34,336 nucleotides of DNA, from positions 1 to 34,336 of the forward strand of contig JBIILL010000001.1 in NCBI GenBank assembly GCA_044232665.1, in the 5' to 3' direction. Source of the DNA: Candidatus Planktophila sp. (GTDB taxonomy: Bacteria > Actinomycetota > Actinomycetes > Nanopelagicales > Nanopelagicaceae). Position 1 is the first letter of the stretch, and each line of letters starts with the position of its first letter. Made by a program: the position numbers and the translations under genes. The notes beneath the pieces were generated by a model. That model worked only from the letters and a program-made list of their open reading frames with translations, was not told where the DNA came from and ran no database searches. Shown one piece after another: positions 8,827 to 17,506 of this stretch.

Positions 8827-10440
8827 TTAGTCATTTGGTAGTGCTGGAATTGTTGCAACAACGAACTGGAGCTGTCCAGGCAACAGGGCCTGAATCAATC
8901 CTGGTCCAATATTGCTTCCTGAAAGATAGAAACGAGTTCCAATCGGAATGAAGATTGAAAGATCATAAGCAATCTTTTCTACTGCAGCTAGCTTCTCCTT
9001 GATAAGAGTCTTGCTAGTTGATGAAGAGGCATCATTGAGTAGTTGTCCTGATTCTTTTATCAAGGCATCTGGAACGTTTGAATTGTTTGCCCACACTCCA
9101 CCTGGCTTGAACCAGTTTGAAAGCTGAAGAATAGGAGTTGATGCGTTATTTCCAAACCACATCATTTCCCACTCACCCTTAGTGATTATCGGCGAGATGT
9201 TTGAATCTGGTGTGACCATGTTGATTGTGACATCAATGCCAACTTGGCCAAGGCTGTCTTTTACAATCTGAGCCGCATCCTGCCAGAAGATTCTGTTAGG
9301 TACGTCCATTTTAACCTTGAATCCATTTGGATAGCCCGCTTCTTTCAGTAGCTTTCTGGCTGCTGCTGGGTCACGTAGGCCATTCTTTGGTAGTGAACAC
9401 AAGTAGTAGTCATTGTTGTATTGGTACTGCATTCCGCAGTTTGGTTTTGCTAAATTCGCAAAAGCAACGCGCATGATTGCAGCTCGATTGACTGCTAGTG
9501 AAATTGCCTGGCGAACCCGAGCGTCTTTTACCGCTTTATTTGGATTCTTATCACTCATGTTGAAAGTCAACATAAATGTTCCAGAGTCCTTTTCGCCAGT
9601 TACGCGGTACTTACTCTTATCCCACTTAATAGTGTTAGCTGAAAGTGGAAGTTCCATTGTTGCATCGATTTGACCTGCCTGGTATGCCGCAAGGCGTGTG
9701 TTTCCATCAGGGATCGTTACAACGCGAAGCTCTTTAACAACTGGCTTTGCCCAGTAATAGGGATTAGCAACTGCAACAAAAAGATCTGTTCCGGGTACAA
9801 AGGTCTTGGCCATCATTGGCCCACCGGCTACAGGGTTCTTAAAGTATTCCTTTGCTTTCGCTTCGGTATCAGTTTTGCTCGCTGGGTGAATTCCCATGAA
9901 CTCTTGGCCGAGTGCAAAATTGAAGTCTGGGTATGGGCGCTTTAGTGTCCACACCAAAGTTTTATCATTTGTTGCCACTACTTTTTCAACAGCCTCAATG
10001 TATGAAGCTGAGCGCTTTGAATCTACCCAACGCTTATATGCGTTGACTGCATCAGCTGCAACAATTTTTGTTCCATCTGAATACTTGATTCCATCTTTCA
10101 AAACGTGAGTGATCGTCTTGCCATCGGCGGAGACGTCTGCAGTTGCAACTAAATCTCTACGTGGCTTGCCATCAGCGCCATAGCGATAAAGCTTGCCCTG
10201 AGTGATATATGCCATTTGGCCTTCGGTGTATCCACCGAGTGGGTTAATTGGATCTATAGATTGAACTCTGTGTAGTGCACCATATGTAAATAGATCACAC
10301 GATGCATTTGTTGGTTTTGATTTCAAATTACAGTTGGAGCCAGATGCTGCGTTAGCACTTGGTGCTCCAACTAAAACTCCTAATGCGACTGCGGCAGAAA
10401 GACCAAAAGCTAAGATCTTTCGAGGGATTGCTTTTATCAT
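8827..10440 (-). CDS. Opp/Dpp-family (family 5) ABC substrate-binding protein
   Basis: LKDGIKYSDGT, NPVAGGP, NPYYW, RVRQAISLAVNR, LLKEAGYPNGF. Sec signal ending PSANA; SD AAGGAG. Confidence 0.92.
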   Translation of the reverse strand: MIKAIPRKILAFGLSAAVALGVLVGAPSANAASGSNCNLKSKPTNASCDLFTYGALHRVQSIDPINPLGGYTEGQMAYITQGKLYRYGADGKPRRDLVATADVSADGKTITHVLKDGIKYSDGTKIVAADAVNAYKRWVDSKRSASYIEAVEKVVATNDKTLVWTLKRPYPDFNFALGQEFMGIHPASKTDTEAKAKEYFKNPVAGGPMMAKTFVPGTDLFVAVANPYYWAKPVVKELRVVTIPDGNTRLAAYQAGQIDATMELPLSANTIKWDKSKYRVTGEKDSGTFMLTFNMSDKNPNKAVKDARVRQAISLAVNRAAIMRVAFANLAKPNCGMQYQYNNDYYLCSLPKNGLRDPAAARKLLKEAGYPNGFKVKMDVPNRIFWQDAAQIVKDSLGQVGIDVTINMVTPDSNISPIITKGEWEMMWFGNNASTPILQLSNWFKPGGVWANNSNVPDALIKESGQLLNDASSSTSKTLIKEKLAAVEKIAYDLSIFIPIGTRFYLSGSNIGPGLIQALLPGQLQFVVATIPALPND

Positions 10441-10460
10441 CGTACGTTCTCCTTTTTGAA

Positions 10461-10477
10461 CGGTAAACTATTTACAG
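10461..10477. promoter_or_regulatory. Cluster operator copy (CGGTAAACTATTTACAG) in the Opp-type SBP leader
   Basis: Sits just downstream of a minus-strand TTTTCA-N17-TAGAGT promoter. Confidence 0.5.
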
Positions 10478-10566
10478 GTACTCTAGTGGCACGAGTCACA
10501 TTTGAAAAGGGTTGGAGAGGTTTTTTGCAGGTGTCTGGGTTGTCCCTGAGAAGGAGGGTGGGTGAT

Positions 10567-10738
10567 ATGAAAGAGTGCTTTCTCCGCAATTTCCTACTCC
10601 TGACCCAGGAGAGTTGGCTTCACCGCCCCTAAAAAGCATCGCACATGGTTGATTGAACAAGGCGTGAACGGATTACTGTCATTTGGAGCCTTTGGACAGG
10701 GTGCCGGGTATCTATCTAGTGATCATAATCTTGTATAG
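10567..10738 (+). pseudogene. Decayed 5' remnant of a DHDPS/NAL (DapA-family) aldolase gene
   Basis: SD AAGGAGG and ATG at 10567. Fragments FSAI, PTP..GEL and FTAPKKHRTWLIEQGVNGLLSFGAFGQG are spread over frames with stops, and resemble the DapA-family N-terminus (..WLIEQGV.GL...GTTGE). Confidence 0.55.
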
Positions 10739-10767
10739 ATTCATCAATCTCATGAAATGGAGCGGTA

Positions 10768-11529
10768 ATGACCTACAAGGAGTTATTTGATGTGCGAGGC
10801 AAGACCGCACTTGTGACTGGTGCACGCAAAGGCATTGGCTTTGCAATTGCCAGCGCCCTAGCCGAACATGGAGCAAACCTCATAGTTGTTAGCTCTCAGC
10901 AAACCGACAATGACGAACTCTCTAAGGTTGCAGCAAAAAGTGGTGTCACTTATGCAACCTTTGCTTGCGATTTTCGAAACAGGCAGGACACTCTGGATTT
11001 GATCGAAAAGATCAAGGACATCAAAATTGACATCCTTATTAACAATGCTGGTCTAGCAAATCGGGCTGAGGCCCTTAACCACAACGATGATCTGTGGGAC
11101 CAGACAATTGAAATTGATTTAACCGCCCCCTTCATCCTCTCTCGAGAAGTTGGTAAGGGAATGGCACAGCGAGGCTATGGAAAAATCATTTTCATCGCCT
11201 CAATGTGGACATTCCTTGGAGGCAAAAATGTCATTAGCTATACCGCTGCAAAGACCGCACTTGCAGGACTTACACGTGGACTATCCAATGAGTTACTACC
11301 CATGGGAATTACCGTTAATGCAATCGCACCGGGCTTTATTGAAACAGATATAACACAAGCCGTCCGTAATGATGCAGAGAGAGCTACCTGGATAACTAGC
11401 CGCATTCCAAAGGGTAGGTGGGGACAGCCTTATGATTTGGCCGGTGCGGCTCTGTTTCTTTCGGCTCCAGCTTCAGACTATGTCAGTGGAGTAGTGCTTG
11501 CTGTAGACGGCGGATTCCTGGCAAATTGA
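10768..11529 (+). CDS. SDR oxidoreductase, KduD/gluconate-5-dehydrogenase-like
   Basis: TGARKGIG, NNAG, YTAAK, NAIAPG, RIPKGRWGQP, AVDGG. Confidence 0.85.
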   Translation: MTYKELFDVRGKTALVTGARKGIGFAIASALAEHGANLIVVSSQQTDNDELSKVAAKSGVTYATFACDFRNRQDTLDLIEKIKDIKIDILINNAGLANRAEALNHNDDLWDQTIEIDLTAPFILSREVGKGMAQRGYGKIIFIASMWTFLGGKNVISYTAAKTALAGLTRGLSNELLPMGITVNAIAPGFIETDITQAVRNDAERATWITSRIPKGRWGQPYDLAGAALFLSAPASDYVSGVVLAVDGGFLAN

Positions 11530-11562
11530 TTAAAAAACCCTTAAAAAACCCTTAAAAAATCC
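11530..11562 (+). repeat. 3 x 11-bp tandem repeat TTAAAAAA(C/T)CC (phased A-tracts) abutting a -35 box
   Basis: TTAAAAAACCC TTAAAAAACCC TTAAAAAATCC followed directly by TTGACA. Confidence 0.85.
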
Positions 11563-11591
11563 TTGACATACATCGCCCCTGGGAGGAGGCT
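11563..11591 (+). promoter_or_regulatory. Putative promoter of the sugar ABC operon
   Basis: TTGACA-N17-GAGGCT. Confidence 0.55.
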
Positions 11592-11598
11592 CTTATAA

Positions 11599-11622
11599 CT
11601 GTCAACTGCAAACTGTATACAA
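11599..11622. promoter_or_regulatory. Cluster operator, three-heptad version (C TGTCAAC TGCAAAC TGTATAC AA)
   Basis: Three tandem TG(T/C)NNAC units around the predicted +1. Confidence 0.6.
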
Positions 11623-11662
11623 CCTATGTGATGTTTGCAGTTTATTCCTAAGGGGGGAAAAT

Positions 11663-12997
11663 ATGGCAAAAGAAATAGCCTCAGCTAATTCTTCGGAGAA
11701 TCTGTCAACAACCGGTGTCGGTCGTCGCGGTTTCCTAAAGGGTGCTGGTGCCGCCGCTGGTGTAGCCGCTGTCTCTTCAGTAGCGGGTGCACCTGCTGCA
11801 AATGCAGCAAAAACTCAAATCAACATCACAACATGGATGGGGTTTGAACCGGGACGTAAAGAAGCTTGGGAAGGAATTATTGCCAAGTTCAATGCACAAA
11901 GTACAACTACAGAAGTAAAACTCTCTGGTTGGCCTTTTGGGCAGTATGTAAATCAGGTTCTGACTGGACTTGAAGCGGGATCTCTGACAGATGATTTAAT
12001 TATGTCTACCCCAGATCTTGCTGTTCGTCTATTTAAGAGCGGTTACTTCCTACCTTTGACTGAACCAATCAAAGCAGCAGGAGTTACTCCTAATCCAAAG
12101 ATTCACGCATATGTAACTGATAAAGCTGGTGCTTGCTACGGAGTAAGTATTGTTACAGTGAACTTCGGTTTGCTATACAACTCTGAAATATTTGCAAAGG
12201 CAAAGATCAAGCCACCAACAACTCCTGAAGAGTTGTTAGCTGCTGCAACCAAGTTGACTAAGAAGCCAAACCAATACGGATTCTGGCATCCAAACATCAT
12301 GGCTGAGCAAGGTGACTTCTGGTTTAACATGCAGAACTGGGTCAATATGTACGATGGTGTGTGGGCAGTTGGCAAAACACCAAAGGCAAATTCACCTGAG
12401 GTCGTAAAGGCGCTTGAATTGTGGCTCAAGCTATATAACGCAGCAATTCCAAAGGGAATCAATAACGCAGCAGCAGTTCAGTTAGCCTCTAACGGACGCA
12501 TTGCTCAAGGTTTCTGGGTATCTGCAGCGGTTAACGTTCTCAAGAGCACAAATCCAAAGGTTTATGCGAAGCTTCGTTCAGTACCTTTGCCTCACAAGAG
12601 CAAGAAAGCAGCTTCACGTGTTCACCCAATCTCACTTAACAAATTGGGTAAGAACAAGGCAGAAGCAACTGAGTTCCTAAGCTGGTTATTTAAGCCTGCA
12701 AACATGGCTGATTTAACAATGGCTTGCCTTGACTTTATTCCTCCATTCCCAGAGATGACTAAAGTCGCAGCGTTCCAGGCTTACTTGAAGGAACTGCCAT
12801 GGATTGAGGGATTCCTTACTCCACCTAGCGTTCCAATCACTCCAATGGACATGATGGGCGACTTCATTACTAAGAGTGATGAATACGGAACCATCATCCT
12901 CACAAACCTACAGTCAGCAATTAACAAGAAGTCGACTGTAAAACAAGCTATGGACAAGGCACAGAAAGAGCTTGTAGCCCTTGCTGCAAAACTCTAA
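11663..12997 (+). CDS. CUT1 sugar-type ABC substrate-binding protein with twin-arginine signal
   Basis: GRRGFLKG Tat motif, AxA cleavage site (PAANA), LLYN..F.KA.IKPPTT.EEL; upstream of two CUT1 permeases. Confidence 0.9.
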   Translation: MAKEIASANSSENLSTTGVGRRGFLKGAGAAAGVAAVSSVAGAPAANAAKTQINITTWMGFEPGRKEAWEGIIAKFNAQSTTTEVKLSGWPFGQYVNQVLTGLEAGSLTDDLIMSTPDLAVRLFKSGYFLPLTEPIKAAGVTPNPKIHAYVTDKAGACYGVSIVTVNFGLLYNSEIFAKAKIKPPTTPEELLAAATKLTKKPNQYGFWHPNIMAEQGDFWFNMQNWVNMYDGVWAVGKTPKANSPEVVKALELWLKLYNAAIPKGINNAAAVQLASNGRIAQGFWVSAAVNVLKSTNPKVYAKLRSVPLPHKSKKAASRVHPISLNKLGKNKAEATEFLSWLFKPANMADLTMACLDFIPPFPEMTKVAAFQAYLKELPWIEGFLTPPSVPITPMDMMGDFITKSDEYGTIILTNLQSAINKKSTVKQAMDKAQKELVALAAKL

Positions 12998-13015
12998 AAG
13001 TTAGCAATTTGTCCA

Positions 13016-13032
13016 GAGTCAGAAACTGACTC
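13016..13032 (+). repeat. Short hairpin after the sugar SBP gene
   Basis: GAGTCAG-AAA-CTGACTC. Confidence 0.45.
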
Positions 13033-13064
13033 AATATTAATGTTGAAGTGAGGGGGGATGCGAC

Positions 13065-13991
13065 GTGAGTAAATTCGTATCCCCCCGAACAACTTTTAAT
13101 TCCACTCGAATTGGAAGTAGCAAGAAACTTCCTTATGTTTTAATTATTCCGATAGCTATATTGACCGCTTTTCTAGTGGTGTATCCGATCAGCCAAGGCA
13201 TTTATTTAAGCCTTACAGACAAGACTCTTGGCGCTGCAGTTGATCAAAAAGTTAGTTTTGTGGGCCTAGCTAATTACATTAACTTGATTCAAAATTCTGC
13301 TTTTCTTGCCAGCATCAGAATTACCGTTTCTTATGCAACTTTGAATGTCATTTTTTCTGTGGGTGCAGGATTGCTTACCGCACTTCTTGTGAACAAAAGA
13401 TTTAAAGGTCGCGGAGGCGTTAGAGCTTTACTCACTGCGCCTTGGGCATTTCCTGATATCGCATCAGTCATTGTTTTTATCTGGATTCTTAACTCCGCAT
13501 TTGGCGTAGTCGGAATTCTTAATCAGCATTTACCTTTTGATACTTCTGGGGGCTGGCTTACTTCAAGCCCATACGCCTTCATTTCTATTATTGGAATGTC
13601 GATGTGGAAGACTTTTCCATTCTATTCAATCGTCTTACTTGCATCCTTGCAAAGCGTTCCTGATGACTTATTGGAAGCTGCAACAGTGGATGGAGCTGGA
13701 CCATTTCAACGCTTTAAGAATGTAACCCTTCCAAGCATAAAGCCCACCTTGTATTTATTAGGGCTTCTGGCTTTTATCTTCGCCTTTAGGCAGTTCAGCA
13801 TGATTTATTTAACGACCGGTGGCGGACCTGAAAGAGATACTGAAACATTGGTTGTTTCCGTATACAACACTGCCTTTAAGTACTACGACTACGCCTTGTC
13901 CTCAGCAATCGGTGTGGCAGGTCTGATTATCACCTTTGTCGTAGCAGTTGTTTTCCTATCCCTTCAAAACAGAGCGCAAAAGAGGTTCTAA
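13065..13991 (+). CDS. CUT1 carbohydrate ABC permease (MalF/UgpA-like)
   Basis: FVGLANY, EAATVDGA, TGGGP; GTG start. Confidence 0.92.
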   Translation: MSKFVSPRTTFNSTRIGSSKKLPYVLIIPIAILTAFLVVYPISQGIYLSLTDKTLGAAVDQKVSFVGLANYINLIQNSAFLASIRITVSYATLNVIFSVGAGLLTALLVNKRFKGRGGVRALLTAPWAFPDIASVIVFIWILNSAFGVVGILNQHLPFDTSGGWLTSSPYAFISIIGMSMWKTFPFYSIVLLASLQSVPDDLLEAATVDGAGPFQRFKNVTLPSIKPTLYLLGLLAFIFAFRQFSMIYLTTGGGPERDTETLVVSVYNTAFKYYDYALSSAIGVAGLIITFVVAVVFLSLQNRAQKRF

Positions 13992-14843
13992 GTGGCTGTC
14001 GTTGTTGGTACAAAAAGGGTCGTATTAGGGCGATCAATTTTTAGGTACTCGATTATTACCATGATTTGCCTGATGGTCTTATTTCCGCTGTATTGGATGA
14101 TCGTGACTGCTATTCAGCCACCTGACATCACATTGATGTATCCCCCAGTTCTTTACCCACAAGATCCAAATCTTGACGGGTTTAGAGAACTTTTTCGTGA
14201 CAATCCGATGTCCAAATGGCTGATAAATTCTGGATTTGTAGCGTTACTAGCAACATTGATTACAACTTCTTTCTCAGTACTTGGTGCCTATGCAATTTCT
14301 TGGTTCCAATGGAAAGGTAAGACCGCATTTGGATTGATGCTGCTTTTTACACAAATGCTTCCAGAAGCACTCATCGTTATTCCAATTTACAAAATTTATG
14401 ATCAGATGCATATGTTGAACAATCTGGCTGCACTTTCTTTAATCCACGCGGCATTTGTAATCCCGGTGGGAGTTTGGATTTTGCGACCTGCTTTTGAATC
14501 AATACCTAGTGAAGTTATTGAAGCAGCTCAAATTGATGGTTGCGATCACTTGGCTGTTCTACGAAAAATAATCATTCCGCTATGTAGTCCAGCAATCATG
14601 GCAGTCAGTGTTGTTTCCTTTTTTGCCAGTTGGGGCGATTATTTGCTGGCGGTGACAATGATTTCAAAGCAGGAGCTCTATCCAGCATCAGTTGGACTTG
14701 CATCAACTATGTCGCAACTCAATACACCGATTCAAGAATTGCTCTCTGGCGCATTAATTTATGGGTTACCACCAGTCATTCTCTATATGTTTATTCAAAA
14801 ATACATAATCTCTGGACTAACGGCGGGAGCAATCAAGGGATGA
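13992..14843 (+). CDS. CUT1 carbohydrate ABC permease (MalG/UgpE-like)
   Basis: FPLYWM, EAAQIDG, QKYIISGLTAGAIKG. Confidence 0.92.
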   Translation: MAVVVGTKRVVLGRSIFRYSIITMICLMVLFPLYWMIVTAIQPPDITLMYPPVLYPQDPNLDGFRELFRDNPMSKWLINSGFVALLATLITTSFSVLGAYAISWFQWKGKTAFGLMLLFTQMLPEALIVIPIYKIYDQMHMLNNLAALSLIHAAFVIPVGVWILRPAFESIPSEVIEAAQIDGCDHLAVLRKIIIPLCSPAIMAVSVVSFFASWGDYLLAVTMISKQELYPASVGLASTMSQLNTPIQELLSGALIYGLPPVILYMFIQKYIISGLTAGAIKG

Positions 14844-15640
14844 CACACAAATCAATCTGGCCACTCATTCGTGATACTAAAGTTCCAAAAGGTGGTGTCC
14901 ACATTTGGTGGCTACGCCAAGCTGGATTTGTCATCAAGAGTCCTGGTGGCTTTACAGTTGCAGTAGATGCCTACTTAACTAACTCTGTAATGACTTCCTA
15001 TAACGTGCCACGTGGCTATCCAGCACCACTTTCTCCAGAGGAAAGCGAATTTGATGCTGTGATGGCAACGCATCCCCATGATGATCACATTGACCCTGAA
15101 GCGGTCATCCCTTTTTCAAAGCATCCAAAAACAAAATTCATTGGACCGTTCTCAGTTATTAAGTTAGCTAGAGCTGGTGGCTTTTATGGTGATCGTGGAA
15201 TCATCCTTAATCGAGGAGAGACCACTGAGATTGGTGACATAACAATTGAAGCAGTATTTGCCCGTCACATGTTTGAGCCAGAACCTACTCCAGATGCGAT
15301 CAGCTACATCATCTCTGTTGGCAAGTGGAGAATTTATCACTCTGGAGATACTGAATACGATGCACGAATTGTTGATGATACTGAAGGCAGAGTAGATGTT
15401 TCTTTAATTTGCATTAACGGTGTAACTGGCAACATGGATACTAAGGAAGCAGGATTTCTTGCATGGCGTCAAGGTTGCAAGGTCGCAGTACCAATGCACT
15501 GGGGGCTCTGGCCAGCTGAAACAGATGCTGAATCTGGAGCAACGCTGGATTTGAATGAATTTGTAGATACATACAGAGCACTCAAGCCCGGTGGTGAGGT
15601 GTGGATCCCAGAAATCGGTAAGCCTTTAGAGATGATCTAA
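14840..15640 (+). CDS. Metallo-beta-lactamase-fold hydrolase, UlaG/lactonase-like
   Basis: WWLRQAGF, THPHDDH (HxHxDH), HSGDT, PMHW. The likely start is the ATG at 14840 (ATGA overlap with the permease stop). Confidence 0.85.
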   Translation: MTHKSIWPLIRDTKVPKGGVHIWWLRQAGFVIKSPGGFTVAVDAYLTNSVMTSYNVPRGYPAPLSPEESEFDAVMATHPHDDHIDPEAVIPFSKHPKTKFIGPFSVIKLARAGGFYGDRGIILNRGETTEIGDITIEAVFARHMFEPEPTPDAISYIISVGKWRIYHSGDTEYDARIVDDTEGRVDVSLICINGVTGNMDTKEAGFLAWRQGCKVAVPMHWGLWPAETDAESGATLDLNEFVDTYRALKPGGEVWIPEIGKPLEMI

Positions 15641-16293
15641 CTCTCTTTTATGTCCGATACAACTTTCTTTAACTCCCAGAGCGAAATAGATCCTTCGCGT
15701 TCCAGAATAAATTGTTGGTTTATGCAATTTAATACAGTTGTCGTCTTACTACTCTTAATATGGCCATTATCGATGGCGATAGTGATTCTCTTTTTTTGAG
15801 TCGCTGAGATGCTTGCCAAGTCTTTTACCACTGCACCTGCCTCATCCTTTAGTGAAGAGTAAATAACTGGTCCCACTAATTCAGTTACTAGATTAAGTAA
15901 GACATTCTTAGGCTTTCTAGCGATAAGCCGATCTGGGGTTTCAGTGCTGCCAAAATTGTGGGGTGGAACATCACGTGTAGAAAGAATTAAATTGAGCATG
16001 CCCGGCCAAAATTCTTGAGTCAGAAGCCTGGTTTTATCACTAACATCGACAGTAAATGGCTGGAGATCTTCAATTGAGTTTACGAAAACAGGATAAATAG
16101 TTTTTGGATCATGCCCTTTTAACTCCCTAAAACTACTGACCGCGATCTCATTGTGCGGATCTGCGGCGACCACATATGAATTCTCTGTAGAGAAAGCAAC
16201 TAAATCACCATTTCTCATTTTTTCAACGAGATCAAATGCAACCTTTTGCAGTTGCAGCTTTTCAGATGATTTTGGTAGCGGTATTTTTCGCAA
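15637..16293 (-). CDS. Divergent Sua5/YrdC/YciO-domain protein with degenerate catalytic motifs
   Basis: GDLVAFSTENSY (cf. PTETVY), LKGH (cf. KxR), FWPG.LNLIL, RKP, SSL (cf. SAN), TTTV, REG. Translationally adjacent to lldD. Confidence 0.75.
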   Translation of the reverse strand: MRKIPLPKSSEKLQLQKVAFDLVEKMRNGDLVAFSTENSYVVAADPHNEIAVSSFRELKGHDPKTIYPVFVNSIEDLQPFTVDVSDKTRLLTQEFWPGMLNLILSTRDVPPHNFGSTETPDRLIARKPKNVLLNLVTELVGPVIYSSLKDEAGAVVKDLASISATQKKRITIAIDNGHIKSSKTTTVLNCINQQFILEREGSISLWELKKVVSDIKES

Positions 16294-16294
16294 A

Positions 16295-17506
16295 TTATTT
16301 ATCCAAGTATTTCACCATACTTGGTTCTAAGTCATCGAGTGAATTCGCACCTAACAACCTCAGAGTTCTGGTCATTTGAGTCTGCAAAATTGTCAGCGTT
16401 CTATCAACTCCCAGTCTACCTCCAGCCATGAGGCCGTATAAATAGGCACGACCTATCCACGTAAAGTCAGCACCGAGTGCCTTTGCAGCAATGATGTCTG
16501 CGCCATGCATAATGCCAGTATCAATATGAATCTCTGATTTGCTCCCGATCTCTTTTTTAACTTCTGGCAAGAGTAAGAATGGAACTGGGGCACGATCTAG
16601 CTGACGACCACCGTGATTGGAAAGCACGATTGCATCTGCTCCGTATTCAGCACACTTGACCGCATCATCGACTCGCTGCACACCCTTCACAATTAACTTC
16701 TTTGGCCAAATCTCACGAATCCACTTTAGATCTTCGTATGTCATTGAAGGATCAAACATTGTGTCCATGAGCTGGGCAACTGTTCCATTCCATGACCCTA
16801 GAGATGCAAAATCTAAAGGTTCCTTTGTTAGGAAATTCCACCACCAATTTGGGCGTGGGAGTGCATTTAAAAATGTTGCAGCAGTCAAAGTTGGAGGAAC
16901 TGTCAGTCCGTTTCGAACATCTCTTAGACGAGCTCCCGCAACTTGTGCATCAACTGTTAGCACTAAGCCGTCATATCCTGCTTTTTCAGCTCGCTGAATG
17001 AGTTCAAGGCTTCGATCACGATCTCTCCACAAATAGAGTTGAAAGTAATTGCTTCCATTGGGTGCATTTTTAGCCACATTTTCGATTGAAGTAGTGCCCA
17101 TTGTTGAGAGGGTGAATGGAATACCAAACGCACTTGCAGCGCCACTTCCGGCGATTTCACCTTCTGAGTTCATCATGCGGGTAAAGCCTGTAGGGGCAAT
17201 TCCTACAGGCATCGAATATTGCTTGCCTAGCATTGTGGTTGCAAGAGTTGCCGATGAAACATCTCTTAAAATATGTGGTTGAAATTCAATGTTCTCAAAA
17301 CTTCTTCGTGCCTTGTTTATAGTGATCTCTTGGTCAGCTGCACCATCGGTGTAGTCAAATGGTCCACGTGGTGTGCACTTCTTAGCTGCCGCCCTTAGAT
17401 CATAAATCGTATTGGCTCTAGAGACTCGTCGCTTTTTACTAGACAAAATCGGCTTTCTGATTCTAACTAGCTGCTTGAGATTGGCTAGTTTGCTTTTACT
17501 TTTCAT
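16295..17506 (-). CDS. lldD: FMN-dependent alpha-hydroxy-acid (L-lactate) dehydrogenase
   Basis: FDYTDG, APTG, FQLY, LTVD, SNHGGRQLD, GRAYLYGL; actinobacterial LldD style. Confidence 0.88.
   Translation of the reverse strand: MKSKSKLANLKQLVRIRKPILSSKKRRVSRANTIYDLRAAAKKCTPRGPFDYTDGAADQEITINKARRSFENIEFQPHILRDVSSATLATTMLGKQYSMPVGIAPTGFTRMMNSEGEIAGSGAASAFGIPFTLSTMGTTSIENVAKNAPNGSNYFQLYLWRDRDRSLELIQRAEKAGYDGLVLTVDAQVAGARLRDVRNGLTVPPTLTAATFLNALPRPNWWWNFLTKEPLDFASLGSWNGTVAQLMDTMFDPSMTYEDLKWIREIWPKKLIVKGVQRVDDAVKCAEYGADAIVLSNHGGRQLDRAPVPFLLLPEVKKEIGSKSEIHIDTGIMHGADIIAAKALGADFTWIGRAYLYGLMAGGRLGVDRTLTILQTQMTRTLRLLGANSLDDLEPSMVKYLDK

Noticed and set aside
11530-11562. Tandem repeat as CRISPR or mobile-element end
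   Set aside because: The 11-bp units have no spacers, and there are no cas, transposase or integrase genes in the window.
14630-14839. 70-aa N-terminal extension of the MBL hydrolase in the ORF track
   Set aside because: It overlaps the permease CDS; the ATG at 14840 with ATGA coupling is the more plausible start.
15637-16293. Calling the YrdC-like gene tsaC/sua5
   Set aside because: The catalytic KxR and SxN motifs are absent.
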